Positions 1-12,405 of a DNA stretch of 64,000 nucleotides are shown here, piece after piece. Position numbers and translations under genes: made by a program. The DNA comes from Camelus ferus (Eukaryota). The stretch covers positions 49,788,001 through 49,852,000 of the forward strand of contig NC_045707.1 in NCBI RefSeq assembly GCF_009834535.1, written 5' to 3'. Below the pieces are notes generated by a model. That model was not told the origin of the DNA. It saw nothing but the letters and a program-made list of their open reading frames with translations, and did no database searches. The stretch's first letter is position 1. Every line of letters starts with the position of its first letter.

Positions 1-683
1 TTAAAACACACACACACACAGACCAACTTTCACTAATGAATCTAAAAAGACTTCAGAATACAATTTTAATGTCACTGTGGTTGGGTGGGACTATTTTTAA
101 ACCACCCCGGAGGTAAAAGTTTATATCTCATTCTTAAATGTCTGCAAGGAGCTCTTTCAGAATGTAGTATATCCTTTATTCAGTGATCATCAACCGTCAT
201 AGTTAGGAAGTTCTTTCTGAAATCTAACCTAAATCTCTCCTACTGCAATTTCAAACCACTACCTTTTCCATCCTTAATGAATTAGGAAAGGACCTGGTAA
301 TCACTGTCACTTACCTCTTATAGTTTTCATATGTTTAACTTCTTAAGAATTTATTAACACCTAAACATTCTCTCTTATATGACATTTTATCACACTCAGT
401 TATCGTCTACTTTTTAACTCTTGAGAAATGTTAGTTCACTGAAGGAGGGTAGGTCTTAAAATACAAGTATAGATGATATACTTACTTCCCATATATAACT
501 ATAAAATTTACACTTAAATAGAATATACAAACCACTGTGAAATTTAAATGTTTTATACTGTTTTTATATTTGACATACCAGGTAGAAAGTATATTTTAAT
601 TTTTTTGTACTTTCTCCATGTTTCTCAAAATACAAAATTTGAATTTTGTTTTATCTTTGTGTGAATAATTCTCTTTATTTGTT

Positions 684-758
684 TTCTTTTTTTCAGTTGA
701 AGTATAGCTGATTTATAATGTGTTAGTTTCAGGTGTTCAGCAGCAAGTGATTCAGATA

Positions 759-801
<43 letters not shown>

Positions 802-1015
802 AACTAAATATATATATATATATATATATATAAATTCTTTTTCCAATTCCTTTCAAGTTTTTACAAGATATATAGTTCCCTGTGCTATACAGTAAATTAT
901 TGTTCTTTAATCTATTTTATTTATAGTTGTGTATATCTGTTAATCCCAAACTCCTAATTTATCCCTCCTGCCTTTTCCTCTGGTAACCATAAGTTTGTTT
1001 TCTATGTCTATGAGT
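684..1015 (-). mobile_element. L1 3' end fragment (artiodactyl type) with internal (TAAA)n(TA)n microsatellite
   Basis: T tail followed by TTGAAGTATAGCTGATTTATAATG...CCCTGTGCTATACAGTA...GGTAACCATAAGTTTGTTTTCTATGTC, a typical reverse L1 3'UTR. Confidence 0.9.
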
Positions 1016-1479
1016 GAATCCTTATGTAAATAGCATGCAGAGAAAAGGGTCATGAAAGTGACTACATCAATCAGAGTAAAGATGAATCCATTTATACCTT
1101 CACTTCTCCAACTATCGCACAGTCAAAGGAATTTAGATTCCCGATATGAGTTCAAATAAGCAACTGCTATATTAGAATAGAAGGAACCTGAATGCCTACT
1201 TCATAGCACAAGACCAATGGAAGTATACCATGTTATTATGAATGCTTCAGTGAATTCTTAATAGTGTTTAATATTCATTCCTTTGAGTCCTTCTAATAAA
1301 ATAAACCCTAATACTGACTATGCTGTCAATTGCACATATTTTTGTTAGTGTATCAAATACACCCGGCTAATATTACTTTAATTCAATTCTATGAGTTTAT
1401 AGCAAACCCTACTCAGTAGTTACCATTGTGCTAAAACTTTGGCAGATACAAAGAAGTAAAAACTAAGATATTTTAAATG

Positions 1480-1720
1480 TGTATAGATATTCACAAAGCA
1501 TTTTCAATGAAAAACTTTTATTTGTCATGCATAATAATCCTGTGTGCTAGTTTGAATATAGCCAGTATTATCATCCCATTTTAGAGTATAAAAATCAAAA
1601 TGAGCCAACTAAGCAAAAATCCATTTAAATAATTTGCCCAGAGTCTTGACTAGTAAGTTGCAGAGCCAAGACCCAAACCTTGGTCTTCTGTTTCAAAAAA
1701 CCACGTGCTTTCCGCCTTTA
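1480..1720 (-). mobile_element. MIR SINE
   Basis: ATTATCATCCCATTTTA...AATTTGCCCAGAGTC...AGTAAGTTGCAGAGCCAAGA matches the reverse MIR core. Confidence 0.75.
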
Positions 1721-3729
1721 GATGGCCTGCAGACTCACTGCTGTGGCAAAGTTTCATGGAAACGTTGCCTTAAACCCTCTTGAAACAAGGCAGACAATAA
1801 ATAAGACTTAGTTGCCCGAATGAGATCAAGTTAGAAAGTAAGAAGAATCCTTATGGCCTTTTTTGGTGGGAAAGGAAAACCTTCCTAGAAGAGTTGGAAC
1901 TTCATATGTTCCAATGTTGGACCTTCATGTGTTGCTGAACTGTGTAGAGGCAGATAAGAAAAAGCCTGATTCCAACTTTGACTAACACAGGTAACATAGC
2001 AGAGTAGGAGCAGTGAGATACGGACCAGTCCAGCATGCCATGGGGGTGGGAGGTTCACTCTGGAGAGTAGCAGGTGATTGTAATTAACAAAGCATAAGAG
2101 ATTAAACGATAGAGAGCTTTATGTTAGGCAAGGAATTTGGCCTGGATTCAGCAAACCACACAGAGTTGGGATAAAGGAAAGGATAATCCAGTAGCGTGCT
2201 GTGAGATGAATTAGAAGCGCCATCAAAATAAGGTTGGGATGGTGAAGCCTTTTATCAGGAACAGCACTGATTCACTAAGAAGAACACCAAAGACTATATT
2301 GTACATAGTGACCAATCTATGTTAAATGCAAAGAACAAAGGACAGAGGTGATCCCAAGAATTAGAGTTACCTGTATGATGATGGAGCCATTGACTAAATA
2401 GGAAAGCTAGTTTGCAGTCTGAGTATATTTGAAAGTAGTAGGGAGTGCAGTGGGTAATGTTTGTAAAATGGCTTCCTCTTGACTGAAAGCAGGCTATGTC
2501 CTAATTCAAGGTCCTAGTTTCTTTAAATTGGAGACAAAGGAATGATTGAGCCATGATCAGTTTGTATCTTTTACAAAACATCCTACTTCCCACTGTATCC
2601 TTAAGATACAACAGTTGGGCATATTTTGAAAGTTTTAAAATTTCCAAATGGCAGTGGTTTGGAGGCTTGGAAAAATACCAAGAATCCAGTTACCCTGGAT
2701 GGAACTATACTTCTAAGAATCTTTTACAAAGAAAGGAAGGAAAGAAACTCATAGATATTATTTGGACCAAGTATGCACAGGCATTATGTATGTGGGGCAT
2801 CTGCATCTATCTTCCTTCAACCAGCTCTGGCAGCCCTTATAGTCACCATCAATAGGGATGTTAATAGTGTGTGGCAACAGAGTCTCAAAGAGGCTCAGTA
2901 TGTATGGCAGAGTGTGGATTCAAATCGAGGTCTTCTGCTTTCAATTTGGTGTGTAGCCAAAGGATATGGTTCTTCTATAAATATGTCGTGAAAAAAGGGA
3001 AAGAATCTGCTATATAAGGTCCTGATAAAAGAGAAAAGGAGGAGAAAGTACAAGATAGGATAGGGAAGGACACCACTGTCTTTAAAGAATAAAAACATAA
3101 TAGAAAATAGAAATAACTTTAAGGCACAGTAATAAAATATAAGCTAGATAAATATATGCTAAAAAGATACAAAGGAAAGGTGCACTCAGAGTGCATAATG
3201 TTGTTTTTAATATATCGTGTTAACAGAATCCAAAAATTATCTTATTTATGGTAACATTAGGAGTACTTCCTGAGGTTAAAAAACAAAGATTAAGGTATAA
3301 GATGTTTTAATCCTGAAAATTTAACCTACCTTCCATATTATTTAGAAATTAAGTGTGATGCTTTTCCATCTAAGAGTGTCAAATGCTGTTTTTTGCCTCT
3401 CTACCTCAGTAAACATGCTGTTCTTCAGCATTTGCCTCGGTACAGAACCATCATCAACTCACAGCTTAGTCATGAAGTTCAAGAACTGAAACCCAGAGAA
3501 TTGTCCATATAAATGAAGATACTTAACTTGTGCAACATGACAGAAAACAAAATGTTTCTAATGGATGAATCATAACATAATAGGGACCATCCCACAAAAA
3601 AGCTTCACACTCTTTTTAACATACAATTTTAAACCAATTTAATAAGCACAAAAGAGTTCAGCTAATGTTGGATTTAGGAGAAGAAATAATTTACAATCAG
3701 GTCGTTCACTGGAATTTGACTCTACATTT

Positions 3730-3897
3730 CAGTGGTCCTCAACCTTGACCATGCATCAGAATCACCTGCGAGGCTTTGTAAAAACACCTGCTGAGACAGG
3801 ACCTGTGAAGGTGCAGCCTTCACTTCTTTGGAGAAAAAAAAAAAAAATGAAAAGCTCCACAAATGATTCAAATGCACGAGCCAGGTTTAGAATTCTG
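3730..3897. mobile_element. MER5-like hAT-Charlie element
   Basis: CAGTGGTCCTCAACCTTG...GCATCAGAATCACCTG start and AAGCTCC...TGATTC...CCAGGTTTAGAA end. Confidence 0.75.
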
Positions 3898-4409
3898 ATA
3901 TAAGCAATTCATAAATAGTCTTTCAGTCAACTTTCTCTGAGAGGAATTAGTTAGGATATTGCTACACAAATGTAAAAACAAAAGTGTGCCCCGATAAGGA
4001 GAATTTGACCACTTCTAAGAAGAGTTACCTCAATTTCATTGCTCCACAAAACAGCTGTAATTCTACAATCTGTACACCTCTAGGCTACCCCACATTCAGC
4101 AGCTGCGATGAATTCCAAGCATATTTCCAATGCAAACCAACCCAACCTTTGAATCTAAATCCCTCCAAGTTTCTCCTGAAGTTTAACTGTAAATGTTGAC
4201 TTTGGTTCAACTTTCCCATTGCCTGCATTAGTCAGCTAGAATGGTTTAAACATTTATAGATAGAAAAGTTCAGATATGATCCATATTTTATTGTAATCAA
4301 ATGTTAACTGGGTCGCTCTTGCGACCAAGCATTTGTCTACTATGGACATTTGAAAATAATTATTGTCAATGAATCCTGGCTTTTTTTTCTTTGAAAAGTG
4401 ATAGTTGAA

Positions 4410-4850
4410 CTTATTCAATAAATATTTATCGCGACTCTACTATTGCTGAACGCCGTGATATGCACTGAGGATACAATAATACCCTTAATTTGCTCATGGT
4501 CTGATAGGAAAGCATTCACTTGACAAATATTAATTGAACAGAAGCAAAGATGCATATGGTGTAATATCTGCATTCTGGGCCATCACAGTGAATGTGGAAA
4601 TGCAGATTTATAAACAGAACTTCCTCATGATAAAGTATTAGAAGGTGCCATGTGCTCACAAAGGAAAAGCAACCTATATGGGGAAAGTCAGTATAGGCCT
4701 TTCCAAGAAAGTGGCATCTAAAGTGGAAGAATGAGTGGAATTTTCCAGGTGGAGAAGAGGAGAAAATGTATGCCAAACAGAAACAATACCTGCAAGTCTC
4801 GGAAATAAGACAATCATGCCTGTCATGGGAGAATGAGGACTTCATGGAAC
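4410..4850 (-). mobile_element. L2 3' fragment
   Basis: TTATTCAATAAATATTTAT...CTACTAT...GCACTGAGGATACAA is the reverse L2 terminus, followed by purine-rich L2-like sequence. Confidence 0.65.
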
Positions 4851-4974
4851 GTTTAGTACAAGACTCACCGACTCGCTCTCCATTGCCATCCTTGACATCA
4901 TTCTTGGTAACTTCACCAGACCTGAAGATAACTGTCCAATTGCCTGGCCTCTAGGCTCTTTACTTCCAGTCATC

Positions 4975-5278
4975 ATACAGAAAAGAGGAGTGACGGAGAA
5001 TTCATACTCTCTGCCTGACTGTCTTCAAACTAGGACATCAGTCTTCTTTTGCTTTCAGACTCAGACTGGAACTATACCATTGGCTCCCCTGGGTCTCCAG
5101 CTTACTGACTGCAGGTCTCAGGACCTCTTGGCCTCTGTAACTGTGAAAGCCCGTTTCTTACAATATACATATGCATGTACGCATGTGTGTGTTCATGCAT
5201 GAGTGTATGTGTGTGCTCACATGTGAGTGTGTGTGTGTTCTATGAGCTCTTTTTTTCTATAGGACCCAGACTAATGCA
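4975..5278 (+). mobile_element. MLT2 (ERVL) LTR 3' half
   Basis: CTCTGCCTGACTGTCTTCAAACTAGGACATCAGTCTTC...TGGGTCTCCAGCTTACTGACTGCAG...GACTAATGCA. Confidence 0.8.
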
Positions 5279-5369
5279 GTAAGCATCAACAAATAAAATG
5301 GATGAATTAATGGTGGCATGTGTAGCTGGAATATGGCAGAGGAATAAGAATATGAAGCTAAAGAGATAT

Positions 5370-5560
5370 CAGTAATAAAAACAACACTTAAATGCATTAT
5401 GCCTTAATTATATGCAAGACACTCTGTCAGGCACTTTAAATGGACCACTCCATGTAATTAATCTTCATAACACCATGAGATGTGTACTTTTATTATCTCC
5501 ATTTTACAGAGAAAGTCACTGAAGCTCAGAGAGGTGGGGTAAATTTCTAAGGTCATATTA
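5370..5560 (-). mobile_element. MIR SINE
   Basis: TATTATCTCCATTTTACAGAG...ACTGAAGCTCAGAGAGGT. Confidence 0.8.
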
Positions 5561-6072
5561 ATATAAATGTTTTGTTTTAATTCATTTCTAAAATAGAAAT
5601 ATTTTTCTTCATTATTTCGGTTCTTTCAAATCAATCAACTAGTCAATCATCAAGAACGTACGGAGCCTGCTATTTTGTGCCCTGGGTGATTTCCTCTCAA
5701 GAAATGAAGCCACTGACAGTGAGCACGGGCAACTCCGTGGCTTCAAGAAACATCAAATCAAAATTACTCCAAACACATGATGCCTTTGGAGAACCTTCCA
5801 TTTTTCAGTTCTGTGATAGTTATTTGCAATAGAAAAAAGTAATTATAAGAGCAAAATACCTACTAATTACAAGCAGCTGTAAATAAGAAAAATTGAGTTC
5901 AAAGAAATGTCCTAAACCATGTGTTCCGTTTCAGAAATGTGCCATCCAGGTCATTAGTAATGTGGGAGTTATTTTTTACTCTAAAGACTAAAAAGTCTGT
6001 CCCTGGTAGACTTAATTTAAAAACTAAGAACTGAAAACAGACCTTTCCCCCCCATCACACATCCATCTAGAT

Positions 6073-6296
6073 CAGGAATTGGCAAACTTTCCCTTAAAAG
6101 GCCACACAGTGAATATTTAAGGCTTTGTGGGCCATGTAATCTCCGTCACAACTGTTCCACTCTGCTGTTGCGGTGTGAAAACAGCCGCAGACGATAAATA
6201 GACGGATGGATGTGCTGTGTTCCAGTAAAACCATACTTCCAAAATTAGATGGTGGGTTGGATTTGGCCTGAGGGTGGTAGGTGTGCCCAGTCCCTG
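6073..6296 (+). mobile_element. MER58A-like hAT-Charlie MITE
   Basis: CAGGAATTGGCAAACTTT...GGCTTTGTGGGCCAT...GATTTGGCC...CCCTG; CAGG/CCTG termini. Confidence 0.85.
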
Positions 6297-8467
6297 CTCT
6301 TAGAACCTTAGGTACCATATTCCCCGATGAGAAAGCATGAGGAGCTTGTTCACTCTGGTGTGAATTGCTCGTTGATGCATTCTAACCTGGTGAGTACTAG
6401 TATGTATCCGGAAGACTAGGTGAAGAAGGGATAGAAGGTAGCAGTAATTAATAGGATCGTGTCCCTGCCTGAGCCTGTCCTAAACAAACAACCAATGAAG
6501 AACCTATTGAAGTTGAAGATCACTGAAGAATCAGAGCAGTTGCCACTTTAAGACAGGACTACCATTTCACTCAACATCATTTTTCATCAGACGGTTCTTA
6601 AACATTATTGGTTCCATCACATAAATTCCATTTTACTGCAGATGTTTACCTATCGTAGACAAAGCAGATTTGTTACTTTCCCTGCGATTTGGTGACTTGT
6701 AAACTGAGGCATAGAACCTAATTAGGTAAAAGCACCTGCAAATTATTTTTTAGGTTATATCTAAATGGTACCACAGGTTTCCAAGTTAAAGATCTAGACA
6801 TCAGAAAATCTGCATTGGCAGGGTTGGACTTTTTCTTGGTTTTGAATTTCAAAAGACTACAAGAGCATGTTTTTAAAAATTATAATCAAAACATCTGAGT
6901 CATAAACCCAATAAATATTTAGATTATAATAAAATACTAAATCTTTCAATGTAAAACAGTATCACTTTTAACCATCCAAAACATGTCATGACTAAAACTC
7001 ATTATTTTAATTCCCCTTAAAATTGCATTTATATTAGTAAACAACATTTTTTTTACTTTACACATTTATTTTTTATAGATTTATAAAATCTATAGTATTT
7101 TGTTAACACTTCAGCTTGAAAATGAAATCTTGTTAACACATTATACTGGAATTTTATTGTTGTAGGGATTGAAGAAACCTTCAAAGCTATCTGGTTTAGG
7201 CCTTAACTTACCATATGCAGTCGTTAAAATTTAGTTTCCAAAGTGAATTCTACAGAACACAAGTGCCACCATTTTTTTAACACATGTTTTGTGTTGTTTT
7301 GTTTTATTCCATAAGAAGGATAATTTCTAAGTTCGACTAAATTTAGGAAACTCTTGGTTAATCTTAAATAGGCTTCAAAGCTGATCTTCAGACAACCTAT
7401 TCTTCTGAAATATAATTTACTCTATTTGCCCAAATGTCAAGCCTCAGAAGTTTTTGTAAGGTTTGGGTTAACATTTGGAAGAAAATAGCATTCTTCGTCT
7501 GGCAGGGAGTAGGGCCAAGGATGTCCTGGGGGCAGAACAGAAGTCTCCTCCAGCTCCTTGTTTCCAAACTACTGAGAGAGATTGACAGGCAGGTTGGTGT
7601 GCTGCCAACACAGAAAGCCTTCTCCTCCAGTCCACATGCATGAGCTCCATCCCAAACTTCTGTTCAGAGGACTGAATCTAAAATCTTATCAATCAACAAA
7701 TTACGTTTGTTTGTCAACTTAAAACTCTGCTGTATGCTGTAGTGTTCTTGTTGTTACTGAAGTTGTACGTTAGTCAGGAGAGAATTGCTAGAGACTGTGG
7801 AATTTTTTAAATAAATAATCAAAGTACATTGAGGCAAAGATAGTTTTTTCAATCTTTATTTTAAATTACAAAGTGGGTCACGACATAATCTTTGAAAAAC
7901 CAAAGGGCTGTTTGTGGAACAGGTGAGCACGTTAGAGAAAATTAATTTGTCTTTCTTGCCATATTAACTTAATTTTCTGAGAGTTAAATATATGTTTTTT
8001 TCAGATGTTCTTTCACTCATTTCCCACTTCATAAGTATGACTTCTGTACATAACAGCACTTATCAGTTGATTATCAACAACTGCTTATGTGAAACCACAG
8101 TAAACATGTGGTTAGAAACTACCAAGAAAAAAAAGCTTCTTATTTTTCAGCTTTATAGAAGGAGAAGGGATGTGGTTAACAAAATAATGTATTTTAAAAT
8201 AACAAGAGTACTATTGAGACCACTAAGTCCATCGAGGGTTGTTTGAGAATACATTGTAGTATTTTTTTAAATCTTCTAAAATCAGGTGTTTTATTATATG
8301 AAAAGGTGAACATCATATACTACAATTTCAAATTGCCTTGTAATTTCTGAAGTCCTCTTTTTAGGTAGATGGGCAAGAGGGACAGATCAACTAGAAGAAA
8401 AAAGTAGAAACGGGTCAGTAGGAAGAGGTAAATGGAAAAATAGGAAAATTGAGAGAAATTTTAAGAA

Positions 8468-8662
8468 TTTTTTTTTTATTGAAGTATAGTCAGTTACAAT
8501 GTTGTGTCAGTTTCTGGTGGACAGCATAATGTTTCAGTCATACATATACATACATACATTCTTTTTCATTAGAGGTTACTACAAGATATTGAATATAGTT
8601 CCCCGTGCTATACAGAAGAAATTTGTTTTTAATCTATTTTTATATATAGTAGTTAACATTTG
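8468..8662 (-). mobile_element. Short 5'-truncated L1 3' end, camelid-like subfamily
   Basis: T-run followed by ATTGAAGTATAGTCAGTTACAATGTTGTGTC...GTGCTATACAGAAGAAATTTG; flanked by imperfect AAATTT(T)AAGA direct repeats. Confidence 0.8.
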
Positions 8663-9149
8663 AAAAAATTTAAGATTTTTAAAAAGAAGAAAGGCTTCTA
8701 GAGGGAGACAAGAGAAGAATAGAAAAGAAGGAAGAAAAAGAAGACAAAGAGGATAGAAAATAAGAAAAAGGGTTAAAATAGATTTATATCTAATATAATG
8801 TGCCTTAATTCTTTTTCCTTCCAAATACTAATTATTTTGAAGGAAATGTTGGCTAAATTATGTAAAACACAAGCTGTAACCACCCAGGAATTACAGAACT
8901 GAAACTTTTCTGTCACCAAATAGCTTTTTTGCTTCACAGTAAGATGTCCTGCCTGGCATTTCTGAAACACAGTGGTCACCTTATCTGCTCTCTGATCTGC
9001 TACCTGATCCCATGGCTTACTTCCTGCTCCTTCCCTCAGTGTCCCCAGGGGAACATATTAGACAGTGGTCCCAGAATACTGGAAGTACAGCTTTAGAAGA
9101 TTCCTGGTCTTTAGGTAGCCTAGGAAGATAATGAGAATGTTGTAACCAC

Positions 9150-9892
9150 CAGCAGAGTAAGTAATTTAGGCAAATATCCTCAATGGATGCTAAAACCTTG
9201 GTCTCAATGTATTAATCCACAGACAACTTATTAATGAAAAAGGGAAAAGTATATCTTTACAAAGGAGAAACCCGGCAGTCACCGTCTTAATCAAGTAATC
9301 AAACTAAGCACCACCAACAGGGGAGCAGCCTGACATTTACCTCTGTACTATTCCTGCCCAAAATACTTTCACCTAAATCACACTGCAAGGAAACAGTCAA
9401 ACAAATGCAGAATTGGGGACGCTCTGCACGACAAGTGACCTGACTTCACAAAAGATAATAGCATGAAAAACAAAAAATAGGGAACTGTCCTGTGAGAAAA
9501 AGATAAAAGACAGGCAACTCAAATGCTTTGCATGATCCTAGCTTGGTTCCTAGATAGAAAATTAAAAAAAAAAAAAGATCTATAAAAAATGGAGGACAGT
9601 TATAGAAATGTAAATATAGATGATATATTAGATGATGTCATTGAATCATTATTATTAGTTTGCTTAGGTGTGAAAAGACTTATTATGTAGGAGAATGTCC
9701 TTATTCTTAAGAGATGCAAGCTAAATATACTTGGAGGTGACAGAATGTCTGCAACTTACTTTCAAATAGGTCACCAAAAAACTGTGTGTGTGTAAAGACA
9801 TAAATCAAACGTGGCAAAATAACAATTGGTGAGCAAGCTTTCGTTGTACTATTATAAAATATTCATAGGTTTAAAACATTCTAAATAAAAAG
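9150..9892 (+). mobile_element. Old L1 (L1ME-like) 3' end
   Basis: CAATGGATGCTAAAACC...TTAATCAAGTAATCAAACT...GTAGGAGAATGTCCTTATTCTTA...AAATAAAAA. Confidence 0.75.
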
Positions 9893-9929
9893 ATGGACAG
9901 CCGGATGGTGTTGGGAAATTGTTGGCCTT

Positions 9930-10088
9930 GAAATCAGAGAACCTGGAACCTGAAACTAATGTTTCTATCTTGGGCAATCCCCTCTAGCCCTCTGAGCATG
10001 AAAAGGATAACCTCAATGATCCACCTCGTAAGATTGCTGTAAAGATGTATAATGTATGTGAAGTGGTGTTTGTGAACTCTGAAGCACT
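9930..10088 (+). mobile_element. MIR SINE
   Basis: TCAGAGAACCTGG...CTTGGGCAATCCCCTCT...AGATTGCTGTAAAGAT...TTTGTGAACTCTGAAGCACT. Confidence 0.55.
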
Positions 10089-10494
10089 CCAGGGTTATTA
10101 ACCTCGAGTCCAAGGAGAGAAGACAGGGCTCCACGAATTTGGATGGGGAAAAATTGCATCTTTGCTTTCAGTAGCCTCTAAGTGAAATTTAACATTTCCT
10201 CCAGTTATACATGTAGGCATGAGTTAGATCACGTGTCAAGTGCATAGTAAGAGCTCAATAAATGTTAGCTCTCTTATCACTACAGTTAATTTTTTCAGAT
10301 TGCACAGTCATGAAAAGCATGAGTCAGTCCAGAGTTCTTACAATCCTGCATCCTCTTCTTTCTTCCACATCTAAAAGGACACACCTATTCTGAGGCAATA
10401 TTGTGTGACAGACGCTATATCACTGACTCATGTTTCCCATGACCCTCATTTGTGCAACTTAAAAAAATGAATTGCAGTGATAACAGAGCTAACT

Positions 10495-11400
10495 CAAGTT
10501 GTTCAAAGCTGAACTCCTTGTCTTCCTCTCTATCCCCACAACCCTAAAAAAACCCCAAACTGCTCACTCAAAGTCTCTCTCATAATGGCACTCCATCTGT
10601 CCAGGTGCTTAGGTCAAAAACGCTGCAATCATCCTTGACTCCTCTTTCTCCACTCATTTCTACATCTTCAGAAAATTCTGTTTGCTTTAACTTTAAAATG
10701 AATTTTAAAATCTAACCACTTCCCTCCACCTCCACTGCTACCACTCTGGTCCAAGCCACCATCATCTCTCACCTAGAGAGGAATGCAACAGTCTGCTGCC
10801 AGGTCTCCTGACTGCTCTCGCCCCCTCGCATCTATGCTGTCTGTGTAGAGCTCTCCTTCTACAATGCATCATGTCATGGCGTCCCTCTCCTTAAAGCCTC
10901 GCAGTGGTTCCCATTTCCCTCAGAGTCAAAACTGAACTCCTTCAAGAGATCTCAAGAACCTGTATGAACTGACCTCCCCTTACATCTGAGACCGCAGCTC
11001 CAACTACTCCCTCTCCTCGCCTGCCCACTCACTGCGTCCCAGGCACTGGGAGCCACGGGTCTCCTTGTGGTCCCTTCATCAAGCCAAGCTTGCTTCCACA
11101 TTAGAACTTTTGCACTGACTGCTGCCCGGATAGTCATATGGCTAATTCCATCATCTCCGTGTCCTGCTCAAGTCACCTCCTTAGTAAAGCCTATAACTGG
11201 CAATCTGATGTAAAATAGCAACCCACCTCATGGTGTCTAATCCCACCTTACTCTGTTCCTTTTGTACCTATAGTGCTTATCACCTTCTAACATATGAGTA
11301 ATTTAATTATATATGATCCATTTCTCCCTGATAGATTATAAGCTCCATAGAGGCAAAGATCTTTTTTTAGTTTCCTCACATGTTTTGTTATATGTTCATT
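10495..11400 (+). mobile_element. L2 (L2a-like) 3' region, interrupted by L1 insertions; terminus resumes at ~12410-12465
   Basis: TCAAAGCTGAACTCCTTG...ATCATCCTTGACTCCTCTTTCTC...GGTCCAAGCCACCATCATCTCTCACCT...TAAGCTCCATAGAGGCAAAGAT. Confidence 0.85.
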
Positions 11401-12168
11401 ACACAAATAACAAATGTTGATGAGAATATGGAGAAAAGGGAACCCTCGTGCACTGTTGGTTAGAATGTAAATTTGTGCAGCCACTATGGAAAACAATATG
11501 GAGGTTTCTCAGAAAATTGAAAATAGAACTACTATATGACCCAGCAATTCCACTCCTGGGTAAAATTTGAAAAAAAGTGAAAACGCTAATTCAAAAAGAT
11601 ATAAGCACCCCAATGTTCATAGCAGCATTATTTACAATTGCCAAGATACAGAAGAAAACTAAGTGTCCATCAACAGATGAATGGGTGAAGAAGATGTACA
11701 CAAGTATACACAATGGAGTACTACTCAGCCATAAAATGGAATGAAATTTTGCCATTTGTAACAGCATAAATGGACTTGGGGGGTATTATGCTAAGTGAAA
11801 TAAGTCAGACAGAAAAAGACAAATACTTTATGATATATCACTTATATGTAGAATCTAAAAAATACAACTAATGAATATTAAAAAAAAAAAAAAAAAAAAA
11901 CCAGCCTCACAGATATAGAGAACAAATTAGTAGTTACCTGTGGGGAGAAGGAGGGGAAAGGGACAAGATAGGGATAGGGGATTAAGAGGTACAAACTACT
12001 ATACATGAAATAAATAAGCCACAAGGATATATGGTACAGCACAGGAAATATAGCTAATATTTTGTAATAACTATAAGTGGACTATAACCTTTAAAAATTG
12101 TGAATCACTATGTTGTACACCTGAAACTTAAATAATATTGTACATCAGCTATATCTCAATTTAAAAAT
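11401..12168 (+). mobile_element. L1 3' fragment (end of ORF2 plus 3'UTR)
   Basis: AACAAATGTTGATGAGAATATGGAGAAAAGGGAACCCTC...CAGCAATTCCACTCCTGGG...CTATATCTCAATTTAAAAA; TGTTCATT on both flanks as a partial TSD. Confidence 0.93.
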
Positions 12169-12214
12169 TGTGTTCATTTATTTATTTTTGTTGAATTTTT
12201 TGTTTGTTTGTTCA

Positions 12215-12405
12215 GCTTTTTATTGTGGTAAATTCCACATAACATTTACTACCTTAACCATTTTTAATGTACAGTTCAGTCATGTTAAGTACATTCATAT
12301 TGTTGTGCAACCATTGCACAAACACCATCTCCAGAATTCTCTTCATCTTGGCGAAATAAAATTGTATTCATTAAACCATAACTCCCCATTTCTGTTTCCT
12401 CATAT
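12215..12405 (-). mobile_element. L1MA/L1MB-type 3' end fragment
   Basis: TTTTATTGTGGTAAA...CTTAACCATTTTTAATGTACAGTTCAGT...ACATTCATATTGTTGTGCAACCAT. Confidence 0.85.
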
